24,000 nucleotides of DNA from Alteromonas sp. P256. Lineage in GTDB: Bacteria; Pseudomonadota; Gammaproteobacteria; Enterobacterales; Alteromonadaceae. The stretch's first letter is position 1; every line of letters starts with the position of its first letter. The stretch covers positions 97,533 to 121,532 of the forward strand of contig NZ_JAZETM010000002.1 of assembly GCF_036864455.1 (NCBI RefSeq). The letters run 5' to 3'. The translations under genes were made by a program, and so were the position numbers. This document shows, in pieces, positions 16,127 to 24,000 of this stretch. The notes beneath the pieces are model-generated. The model saw only the letters and a program-made list of their open reading frames with translations, was not told the origin of the DNA and did not search any database.

Positions 16127-17428
16127 TCACTTCACAAAAAATGGAATATTCGCGTGTGCGGCGTTACCGTTTCCATCATACACATAGGCGTATAACCGAT
16201 AAGCCCCTGGTGTTTTCGGTGCTTCAAATTCAATTTTTTGAGCAGAGGTATCTTTAATTAATCCATCCACAATCTCAGGGACTTCCTCTTTATCGCCACC
16301 TACTTGTGTTGCTGTCGATTCCTTTCTTATTTCCCACTTGAAGGTTAGTGAGTCTTTATCTGGGTCTACTGCATTGAGAGTTGCTTCGTACTTATCACCC
16401 ATAAAAAGATACACGTTATCAAAGGCTACCTTGCCATCTAAGCCAATAGGGCTAACCCGGGGTGTTCGATTTTCTGGCCACCTGCCTGTCCATATATATT
16501 GCATTACATCAACAGCTTCTGTGCGCTCGCCAGAGTCTAAAAACATGCCGTACCAGGTGCTGGTGCGTTCTTGTTTTTGACCCCATAAAAACACATAGTT
16601 GCCGATAACTTGCTTCCCATGGGGCTGAATAGCTTTTAAATAGCTTTTGGCATAGTTACTGGCCTTTTCAGAGCTTGTTGTTTCAACGGGCGCGCCCCAT
16701 TTTGTTTTATGCACTTCCCAGTGGCCTACAGCGCCCCATTCGGTAATCATGTAAGGGCCTGTGTAGCCGTAAGACTTGATATACTTGGGTAGGTTTACCA
16801 CATCGGCATAAAGCTGAAAGCTAATGAAGTCTAATGATGTTGCTCGCTGGGTAATAGCATCCATGGCTTTTTTGTCAAAGCCAGCCATCGTTGTGGTAGT
16901 GGGGTGGTGTGGATCTAAGCTTTTGATCATTTCTGCGGTTTGGTCTACGGCGTCGTAAACTTTCGGGTTAGTGAAATCGAAGTTCAATTCGTTACCAATA
17001 AACCATGTGAGTAGAGCAGGGTGGTCTTTATATTTTATCACTTCTGCTTTCACCCGTTTTAATTGCGCTGCCACTGCATATGAGTCATTGTAATCAAAAC
17101 CGTGGCGCTCCCGCGCAAAATCTAGTCCTAAAGACACCGTCATCCCTAACTCATGAGCTTTATCTAAAAGTTCAAAAGCCGAATAAGCGCCACCGTTAAT
17201 AGACCAGGTACGAACAGAGTTAGCGCCATGTGCCTTCAAGGCTTTTAAATCAGCGCCATCCGCACCTGCACCTTTAACCACATAATGTTTACCTGCCCGG
17301 GTTAACACATAGCCTCCGTCTGAAGCTTTAGTTACCTCTACGTGAATAGCTTTAGCAAATAGGCAGGGTGAAAATAGTGCTAATACAGCGATTAGGAAAT
17401 GTGTGTTTAAACGATGAAGTATGGCCAC
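16127..17428 (-). CDS. Secreted clan GH-A (beta/alpha)8 glycoside hydrolase with a C-terminal Ig-like beta-sandwich
   Basis: GTG start with AGGAG 7 nt upstream, followed by a signal peptide. Candidate acid/base motif WFIGNELN and nucleophile motif MITEWG. The last ~100 aa is a beta-rich domain. The family (GH2-like, GH5 or GH158-like) cannot be resolved by eye. Confidence 0.7.
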   Translation of the reverse strand: MAILHRLNTHFLIAVLALFSPCLFAKAIHVEVTKASDGGYVLTRAGKHYVVKGAGADGADLKALKAHGANSVRTWSINGGAYSAFELLDKAHELGMTVSLGLDFARERHGFDYNDSYAVAAQLKRVKAEVIKYKDHPALLTWFIGNELNFDFTNPKVYDAVDQTAEMIKSLDPHHPTTTTMAGFDKKAMDAITQRATSLDFISFQLYADVVNLPKYIKSYGYTGPYMITEWGAVGHWEVHKTKWGAPVETTSSEKASNYAKSYLKAIQPHGKQVIGNYVFLWGQKQERTSTWYGMFLDSGERTEAVDVMQYIWTGRWPENRTPRVSPIGLDGKVAFDNVYLFMGDKYEATLNAVDPDKDSLTFKWEIRKESTATQVGGDKEEVPEIVDGLIKDTSAQKIEFEAPKTPGAYRLYAYVYDGNGNAAHANIPFFVK

Positions 17429-17480
17429 TGCATCACTCCTTAAGCGTGCCTAACGGTTTTCAATAACATGTAAACGCTGC

Positions 17481-17500
17481 GACACCCTAATGAGGGCGTC
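17481..17500 (-). terminator. Weak hairpin between the TonB-dependent receptor and the glycoside hydrolase (possible attenuator)
   Basis: The minus strand reads GACGCCCT-CATT-AGGGTGTC, an 8-bp stem including one G-U. It is followed by GCAGCGTTTAC, a poor U-tract. Confidence 0.3.
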
Positions 17501-17538
17501 GCCGTCCATAATCAATTGTTAGATAATACAAACCTTAA

Positions 17539-20286
17539 TTAGTAAGTGTAGCGCATGCGCACACCAAAGGTTCTGGGGCGCGTGAAGAAGCGTGTGTTAT
17601 CAAATTGGGTAATAATGGTTGCAGCAGTGCGAACCTCATCAAACAGATTGTTAGCGAACGCCTCAAATCTGAGTGCCCCATCGCCGTGGGTGTAACCCAA
17701 ACCAGCGTCAACGGTCCAATAGGCGTCTACGCTGTCGTCTAAACGGCGGCGCGGGTTGTCAGGGTTTTGATAATCGATGCTGTTAAAAATAATGAGAAAC
17801 TGCTCATCCCGCCAACCTGCAGATATAACGTAATCAATGGTGCCAGAACTGATATCAAACACCTGGCTTAAGCTTGCATTGAGTTGAAAGCGAGGAGTGC
17901 GTGGCAGTCGGTTGCCGTCAATAGACTGAAACACTGCTTCATCGGGTGCCACATCTGCTTGAAAGCGAGAGTCTTGAATATCTTGACTGTCTTCAATTTC
18001 TGCCTCAAGCCACAACGCTGTCCAATTAAGGTTAATATCGTAGGGAAGCTCAAACTTGCCATCAAACTGCATACCATAAATGGCTGAATCTGCGGCGTTA
18101 AAGCTAAACGATACCACCAGTGCGCCTGGCGTTGCGTCGAGAGGGTCTACTGGAGCGCCTGAGTTGAATTCAAGGGCCTGCTCTACAGAGAGTAGGTTAG
18201 TAAATACCTGATCGCGATAGTCGTTATAAAACGCTGAAAAATTAAACGTAGTAGGCACGTCGCCTAAATCAAACTCATTTTTTGAGCCAAACTCAAACAA
18301 AGTAACGCTTTCTTCTTGATAAGTTGGCGCTAGAGTAAGCCCAGTGGTTGGATCGCTAAACGTATCGTTAAAGCCGCCAGATTTGTGACCTGTGGCAATC
18401 AATCCATATACAAGCTGATCGTTATTTACGTCGTGCTCAATACGTATCCGCCAGTCGACAAAGTTATTGTCAATACGTCCGTCTTGAACGGTAATTGAGT
18501 TGTTTGGTGAAATGGGCACAGCAAAAGAGTGGGTGCCGTCTTGGTTACAAATCAGGTTGTCGGTAACGTCGCTATCTGAACACGCAGGGCGCACGTCTGC
18601 GCCGCCCGGAGTAATGCCGTTAGCAAAAATATCATCAAGGGTGTCTCGCTCACCAAACTGAGCAATACCGTCGAAGTAAAAGTTTAAAAATTCAGCATCA
18701 GATACCGCACCGTCACCATCTTGGTCAGGCTCATAAATAGAGCGTCCAAATCCTGCAAACGCAAATCCTTCAGTGCCAACGCGCGCTCCCATACAGCAAC
18801 CAAACGGGTTGCCGGTATTGACATCAAACCCACCCAATGCAAACGCATACCGCGCGTTCACACCTTGTCGGGTTTTTGTATCTTCAGTGTAACGAAGGCC
18901 GAGGGTTAAGCGAGTTTCTGCGCTAAACTCATAGGTAGCATCACCGTAAACAGAAAATGAATCGGTATCCGTATTTGGTTGATTAAATTCAGCCCCTTGG
19001 AAAAAGCCGCCTCTATCGCCAGCCGATGCTAGAAACGTTTGCTGTCTCTCATTAAATAAGAAGATACCTGCGGTATAGGTTAAGCGACTGGTATCATCAT
19101 CAGATAGCAGGCGGAGTTCGTGAATAATCGATTCTGAGTCGGTTAAGAACTGAAAGCGTGAAAAGTCATCAATTGCTTGGTCTAATGGGTCTAGTGCTTC
19201 AAATACGCCAGGGAAATCAGGCGACAGCGGTGTGGCGGCTTGATAGTCGTAAATTAAGTTTCGATAACTGCCGTTGTACTCAAGTAGGGCCTTACCCATA
19301 TCCCACGTAACTTCAATTTTAAATCCATCGTGGATAGTGTCTTGAATTGGAGTGAAGCCTCTTCCGACGACATCTCGAGGGTCTTCAATGTCATCTGGGT
19401 CAATCCCTAAACCCAATGGCAGCGCAAAGTTAGTACCAGTATACCCAGTTCCCTGTTCCCGGGCGTAATCATAAGAAAGGTAAATACTTAAGTCATCCGT
19501 GGGCTCATACAGCGCTTGAAAACGCAGTCCAAGGTTATCTGCGGCCTCGGCAAGCTCAAGGTCTAAGGGGCCGACATCGTTATAATACGAGTCATGATCA
19601 ACTTTAGTGCCTGCAATGCGAAAGGCTAAGTTATCGGTAGCAGGAATGTTAAGCGCACCTGTTATAGAACGCTGATTATAATTACCCACCTCCACTTCTG
19701 CACTTCCATTCCACTGATTCAAGGCCGGTCGCCAAGGAATGATGTTTACCGAGCCGGCGGTGGCGTTACGACCGCGCAGCGTGCCCTGCGGGCCAACGTT
19801 TACTTCTACTCTCGATATGTCAAAAAAGGCAGAACCAATACCTGAAGGACGAGGAATGTAGACACCGTCTAGGTGAGTTGCAGCGGCAGGGTCGCCAAGC
19901 TCGGTGTTGTTAGAACTGCCTATACCTCTAATCCACACCTCCACGTTACCTTGATTATTACCAATCTCAAGACCGGGGATAGACTCTGCGATATCAGTAA
20001 TATCCTGAATGCCCTGGGCTTTTAAATCCTCTCCAGAAAACGCAAAGGCAGTGCCCGCTAAGTCTTGTAAGTCCTGTGTTCTGCGCTCTACAGTGACAAT
20101 AATTCGCTCTACGTCAGCGTCATTTTTATCTTGTTCGCTTTCAGCTTCCTGTGCTGCTAACGAGGTGCAGGTCATTAAAGCAACCGCAGCAATCAAAAGC
20201 TGTTTGCTGGCGAAATGAACCTTTGTTGTGGCAGTACTCATGAACCCTTGCTCCGCGCTCGATACATTTTTATTGAAATATTCCAT
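17539..20286 (-). CDS. TonB-dependent outer-membrane receptor
   Basis: Plug-domain start ERIIVTVERRTQDLQDLAG. A long beta-barrel follows, with C-terminal strand FGVRMRYTY. I prefer ATG 20286, which has GAGGAG 7 nt upstream. GTG 20301 and ATG 20241 are alternatives. Confidence 0.9.
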   Translation of the reverse strand: MEYFNKNVSSAEQGFMSTATTKVHFASKQLLIAAVALMTCTSLAAQEAESEQDKNDADVERIIVTVERRTQDLQDLAGTAFAFSGEDLKAQGIQDITDIAESIPGLEIGNNQGNVEVWIRGIGSSNNTELGDPAAATHLDGVYIPRPSGIGSAFFDISRVEVNVGPQGTLRGRNATAGSVNIIPWRPALNQWNGSAEVEVGNYNQRSITGALNIPATDNLAFRIAGTKVDHDSYYNDVGPLDLELAEAADNLGLRFQALYEPTDDLSIYLSYDYAREQGTGYTGTNFALPLGLGIDPDDIEDPRDVVGRGFTPIQDTIHDGFKIEVTWDMGKALLEYNGSYRNLIYDYQAATPLSPDFPGVFEALDPLDQAIDDFSRFQFLTDSESIIHELRLLSDDDTSRLTYTAGIFLFNERQQTFLASAGDRGGFFQGAEFNQPNTDTDSFSVYGDATYEFSAETRLTLGLRYTEDTKTRQGVNARYAFALGGFDVNTGNPFGCCMGARVGTEGFAFAGFGRSIYEPDQDGDGAVSDAEFLNFYFDGIAQFGERDTLDDIFANGITPGGADVRPACSDSDVTDNLICNQDGTHSFAVPISPNNSITVQDGRIDNNFVDWRIRIEHDVNNDQLVYGLIATGHKSGGFNDTFSDPTTGLTLAPTYQEESVTLFEFGSKNEFDLGDVPTTFNFSAFYNDYRDQVFTNLLSVEQALEFNSGAPVDPLDATPGALVVSFSFNAADSAIYGMQFDGKFELPYDINLNWTALWLEAEIEDSQDIQDSRFQADVAPDEAVFQSIDGNRLPRTPRFQLNASLSQVFDISSGTIDYVISAGWRDEQFLIIFNSIDYQNPDNPRRRLDDSVDAYWTVDAGLGYTHGDGALRFEAFANNLFDEVRTAATIITQFDNTRFFTRPRTFGVRMRYTY

Positions 20287-20297
20287 TTCGTATCTCC

Positions 20298-21299
20298 TCA
20301 CTCAGCTCGGGAAAATTCTACGTTGTCATAGAAAATGCCGCTGGGGTTATAGTCGGTGGCTGAGTTTGAGAACCCAAACTGAAGTATTTGACCGTCTAAG
20401 CTGTCTTCTAGCGTTGCCTGTACAGTAAAGCGAGCCCATTCACTGCTGCTGACTGCGCTCAAATCCACTCGAATATCAACGGATGAAGCAAATCCATTGT
20501 TAGAGTCGAGTACGCGAATGTAGGCGTACGCTGTGGTGGGTGGGGCAATACCACCCTCAAAAGGAGCTTTGGCATCGAACGAAAACGAATATTCGCCGGC
20601 ATCAGATGCAGAGAAGGTATGCTCCTGAAAACTTGCGGCCTCGATAGTGAGTCCGTTGCCATGGTCGGCGTTTTTGTAATCGCTGAACACATTCAGATAC
20701 TGAGTACCTTGGCTCTCTGTGGCTTCGCCTGAGGCATAGCTGGTAAATCCGCCAGTGCTGTTTGGTGATGGGAATGGCCCATAGCTATAGGCAAAATTAC
20801 CATCCGCCCCAAATACCGCGGCAAAACTTAACCAGTTATCACCAATTTCACCACCGCTTGGGTCGCCACTTTCAAAGTCGCTGGCGAAGTTTATTCCACC
20901 AACAGCCAGGTTGAAGTCTACATTATCAACGACAATTGCCGAGGGAGCAAAGCCAGTAGTGCGGTTTGTAAAACCAAACTCTAGCAACTGTCCAGCCATA
21001 GCCTCACCGTCAATATTGAAATCAACGCTGTAGGTTTGCCAATCAGAACTTGAGATTGTAGATAAATCGATTTCCACACGTGCTGTAGTAGCAAAACCGT
21101 TTGATGGGTCCAAGGTTTGTACATAAGCAGTCGCCACAGTGGGCTCGGCAATAGCACCTTCGCTAGGGGCTCTAGCATCGAAACTAAACGTGTATACACC
21201 GGTATCGTCTGCACTCAATGTGACTTGCTGAAAAGTCGCTGCCTCTATTAGCAGGCCATTACCATGGTCTTGGTTATTGTAGTCGTTAAAAATAACCAA
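20298..21299 (-). pseudogene. 5'-truncated, internally duplicated CBM-like glycan-binding protein gene
   Basis: Two homologous modules are offset by 201 codons (FNDYNNQDHGNGLLIEAATFQ vs FSDYKNADHGNGLTIEAASFQ). Module 1 lacks the ~70 aa that precede this point in module 2. There is no signal peptide, no ATG and no SD. The frame opens just after TAG 21312-21314, and the ORF-track M is a TTG. Confidence 0.55.
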
Positions 21300-21352
21300 C
21301 TGTTGCGAGTTCTAAAGTACAGAAAATTTGATCCCAGAACTAAATACCAAGA

Positions 21353-22003
21353 TTAAAGACTTAGCTTAAAGACTAGGCTGTCTGCTTTCACTTTTCTTTT
21401 TAAACCGCCTTCTACGTTTAAGCGCTCAAGCTGTAAAATTGAATAATTGCTAGCATATAAATCCGCAACCATCTCATCATTCACGCAAAAAGGAGGACCT
21501 GGCAGTTCACTCTGGTCATAGTCGAATGTGATAACTAATTGAGGGGCGTTATGAGTTATGTCTATAAGGTGGTTAGCGTACTTTCGACGCAGTTCATCGG
21601 GCAAAGCAACTAATGCTGCTCTATCATACACACCTGTTACTTTGCCAATGTCATCACGGCGCAGTGAAAAAATATCACCAACAAAAATGGTAAGGTTAGG
21701 GGCTGAATATACTCTACCTTTAGACGAAGACTTAACAGTGGGAGTAATGTCTAGATCGTCGAACAGCTGTGTAATAGCCACCTCGCTAAGCTCTGCACCA
21801 ACAACCTGGCAGCCCTTTGACAGCAGCCATGCAATATCTTTAGTTTTCCCGCATAAGGGCACAAAGATTCGCTTTTGTGAGGCTTCATTGCTATTTGGGC
21901 CTAATAAAACACCACTATATTTCACCAGCAAGGCATTACCAGTGGGTTCATGAAACCCAATTTCATTATTGTGCCATTTGCTGTGCCAAAAGCTATGTTC
22001 CAT
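21353..22003 (-). CDS. tpm: Thiopurine S-methyltransferase
   Basis: TPMT N-terminal motif FWHSKWHNNEIGFHE. SAM-binding region RIFVPLCGKTKDIAWLLSKGCQVVGAELSE. Downstream motif YDRAALVALP. Confidence 0.9.
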   Translation of the reverse strand: MEHSFWHSKWHNNEIGFHEPTGNALLVKYSGVLLGPNSNEASQKRIFVPLCGKTKDIAWLLSKGCQVVGAELSEVAITQLFDDLDITPTVKSSSKGRVYSAPNLTIFVGDIFSLRRDDIGKVTGVYDRAALVALPDELRRKYANHLIDITHNAPQLVITFDYDQSELPGPPFCVNDEMVADLYASNYSILQLERLNVEGGLKRKVKADSLVFKLSL

Positions 22004-22028
22004 ATTGATACCCTAATTAAATACCTCA

Positions 22029-22084
22029 AATCTAGCGCTTTAAGTCTAATGCTCCGAGTCTAACAGCTTAAATCTAATATCGTT
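22029..22084. repeat. Four degenerate 14-bp direct repeats with a conserved ARTCTA core, upstream of tpm
   Basis: The TCTA cores at 22031, 22045, 22059 and 22073 are exactly 14 bp apart. The units are AATCTAGCGCTTTA, AGTCTAATGCTCCG, AGTCTAACAGCTTA and AATCTAATATCGTT. Confidence 0.6.
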
Positions 22085-22167
22085 GAAAATAAAAGCACCT
22101 TTAAAAGCAGGTTAATAGCCGGCTTCTGTTCTATTTTTCTGCAGTGCTGTAAAACAACGTGATTGAT

Positions 22168-22524
22168 TTACTCGTCGAGTGGAGTATTAAAGTCTTCAGA
22201 CAGTTCAAAATCGCCTTCAACGTTTGCCACTTTATTATCTACAAACGTGATGATCATCTGACGCTGGAAGTCGTCGCCTCGGTCTTTCATACCACGCTTC
22301 ATATCGTAGACGTAGTACCATGTGTCGTTATCAAAAGAGTCTTGAACAACAGGATTACCTAACACGTAGATAACTTGTTCTTTTGTCATATTAATACGCA
22401 GCTTTTCAACATCACGTTGATCTAGAAAATTGCCCTGCGGAACGTCAATCCTGAAAATCCAGTTAGAACAGGCTGTAGTAGTAAATGTAATGCAAAGAAT
22501 AACTATAAGATGGTGCAACTTCAT
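22168..22524 (-). CDS. bamE: Outer membrane protein assembly factor BamE (SmpA/OmlA)
   Basis: Lipobox TTTAC|S, followed by VPQGNFLDQRDVEKLRINMTKEQVIYVLGNP and DTWYYVY. The recN-bamE order matches that in enterobacteria. Confidence 0.92.
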   Translation of the reverse strand: MKLHHLIVILCITFTTTACSNWIFRIDVPQGNFLDQRDVEKLRINMTKEQVIYVLGNPVVQDSFDNDTWYYVYDMKRGMKDRGDDFQRQMIITFVDNKVANVEGDFELSEDFNTPLDE

Positions 22525-22647
22525 GCGTATATAAGTCCAGTATTGCCTTTGTTAGTGCCTAAAGGTTTCCTCGTAAGGAAGCCTCAGCTGTTTTAGTGCA
22601 AGCGCGAAGGCATGCTACATTGACAACTATGACCAATCAACTGCATT

Positions 22648-24000
22648 TTAGTTCGATGAAGCGCTTTTTAGCAGCTCTTTTGCGTTAGCAAGTGCCGACT
22701 TGGTTACTTTGTCGCCAGCTAACAGTCGGGCGAGTTCGTCAATTCGGTCTTGTTTAGTCAGCGGTATCATCTGTGTTTCTGTACTTTCGCCATCAGTAAG
22801 CTTGGTAACAAAAAGCTGGTTATGTGCTTGTGCCGCCACTTGAGGTAAGTGGGTAACACACATAACCTGAGACTGCTTTCCTAATTTTCTTAGCAGTGCA
22901 CCTACGATTGAAGCAGTTGGTCCGCTAATACCGGTGTCCACTTCGTCAAAAATCATAGTGGGGGTAGCATGGCTATCGCTAGCAATAACCTGAATAGCTA
23001 AACCTATTCGAGAAAGCTCACCGCCTGATACCACTTTCTCCAATACGTCGGCATCTTGCCCAGGGTTCGTTGATACTTTAAAGGCAATCGAGTCTAACCC
23101 ATTAACTGCGGGCTTTTTCAGCTCGTCATAAAGAATATCAATACACACTTTAGCGTGCGGCATATTCATTTGCTGAATTTGTGATTCAATGTCGTTTGCA
23201 AAACTTTCGGCCGCTTTCATTCGGCTTTCAGATAAACTGCTAGTTGCCACTAAATAATGTTGCCTTGCTGATTCAACATCGTGTTCGAGTGTGCCTAGTA
23301 AGCTTTCCTGCTCACCAAGTGCGGCAAATTCTTGCGACAATAACTGGTGATGTTGAGCAAGTTCTTCTGGCGTTACAGCGTGTTTACGAGCCAGCTCCAT
23401 CGCTTTTGAATAGCGAGCTTCAACCTGCTGTAAACGCAGAGGGTCTATTTCCAATTGATCGCAGTAACCACGCAGTTCGCTTGCTGCCTCTTCAACTTGA
23501 ATTGATGCGTCGTTAAGCAGGGCGATGATAGGCGTTAGGCTTGCATCGTGTGCTTCTAATTCGCCAAGCTTCTCAATACTGCTTTGAATAACGGTCAGTG
23601 CATTTCCTTCATCATTTTCATAGAGGTTATACACACTGGTTTGCGCTTGTTCTAATAAACTCTGACCATTGCTTAAGCGCTTGTGCTCAATTTCAAGTTC
23701 TTCAAATTCGCCATTCTCAATGGCAAACTCGTCGAGTTCTTGCACCTGATAGGTAAGTAACTGTAGACGATCTTCTCTTTGCTGAGCTTTCGAACGCAGT
23801 TCATTGAGAGTTTTTTGCTTGTCTCTCCACGAGCTATAAGCGTCTTTAACATCATTCATTAAATGAGAATGGTCTGCGTAACTATCAATAAGCTGGCGCT
23901 GATAATCTTCTTTCAATAGCTGTAGATGGGTGTTTTGACCATGAATGGAAAGCAGTGTTTGGCCGAGACCTTTTAGTTGCTGTAAAGATACTGGGGTGCC
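22648..24000 (-). CDS. recN: DNA repair protein RecN (partial; the 5' end lies beyond the window)
   Basis: Signature VSGGELSRIGLAIQV and Walker B MIFDEVDTGISG. The frame stays open upstream of the ORF-track TTG through to nt 24000, reading ...LLSIHGQNTHLQLLKEDYQRQ. Confidence 0.95.
   Translation of the reverse strand, partial: GTPVSLQQLKGLGQTLLSIHGQNTHLQLLKEDYQRQLIDSYADHSHLMNDVKDAYSSWRDKQKTLNELRSKAQQREDRLQLLTYQVQELDEFAIENGEFEELEIEHKRLSNGQSLLEQAQTSVYNLYENDEGNALTVIQSSIEKLGELEAHDASLTPIIALLNDASIQVEEAASELRGYCDQLEIDPLRLQQVEARYSKAMELARKHAVTPEELAQHHQLLSQEFAALGEQESLLGTLEHDVESARQHYLVATSSLSESRMKAAESFANDIESQIQQMNMPHAKVCIDILYDELKKPAVNGLDSIAFKVSTNPGQDADVLEKVVSGGELSRIGLAIQVIASDSHATPTMIFDEVDTGISGPTASIVGALLRKLGKQSQVMCVTHLPQVAAQAHNQLFVTKLTDGESTETQMIPLTKQDRIDELARLLAGDKVTKSALANAKELLKSASSN

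Noticed and set aside
20459-21214. Two 77-aa alternate-frame minus-strand ORFs (20459-20692 and 20981-21214) of identical length
   Set aside because: Both lie inside the duplicated CBM-like frame, and their partial similarity reflects that duplication. Their 522-nt offset does not match the 603-nt module period, and they have no start signals.
22564-22583. Hairpin ggtttcct-cgta-aggaagcc as a recN terminator
   Set aside because: On the minus (recN) strand the T-G pair becomes a C-A mismatch, which leaves a short stem and no proper U-tract. recN and bamE are probably co-transcribed or separated by other signals.
1-24000. Search for a genomic island, prophage, defence system, toxin-antitoxin pair, retron, DGR or integron signatures
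   Set aside because: I found no integrase, transposase, reverse transcriptase, nuclease/ATPase defence pair, att-like tRNA flank or small paired ORFs. Every ORF of 150 aa or more is accounted for by the calls above.

Overview
The window is a 24-kb chromosomal segment from a gammaproteobacterium. Protein sequences and gene order look Alteromonadales-like, but that is inference only. I support 21 protein-coding genes plus one gene remnant. I found no rRNA, tRNA, CRISPR array, transposase, integrase or recognisable defence gene.

Layout:
- **Conserved housekeeping block (+ strand):** yciO-scpA-scpB-rluB.
- **Minus-strand unit:** two tandem secreted spondin-N-like paralogues, followed by an OmpR-family response regulator and a histidine kinase.
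- **dkgB-like aldo/keto reductase (+ strand).**
- **Minus-strand trio:** MAPEG protein, stand-alone formyltransferase and a putative beta-barrel outer-membrane protein.
- **Bacterial type IB topoisomerase.**
- **maa-like acetyltransferase.**
- **VNGDI-repeat lipoprotein.**
- **DUF445 membrane protein.**
- **Glycan-uptake-like cluster:** clan GH-A glycoside hydrolase, TonB-dependent receptor and an internally duplicated CBM-like gene that appears to have lost its 5' end.
- **tpm, bamE and the 3' two-thirds of recN**, which runs off the window.

Non-coding structure is unusually rich:
- Two ~100-nt extended stem-loops lie upstream of yciO.
- A perfectly phased 14-bp x 6.4 tandem array lies upstream of the MAPEG gene.
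- Degenerate arrays with 14-, 15- and 17-bp periods occur in three other intergenic regions.
- There are two bidirectional terminators.

I do not see a clear-cut novel system. The best candidates for undescribed biology are the spondin-like pair with its two-component system, and the MAPEG/formyltransferase/OMP trio. All family assignments come from motif reading by eye, not from database searches.
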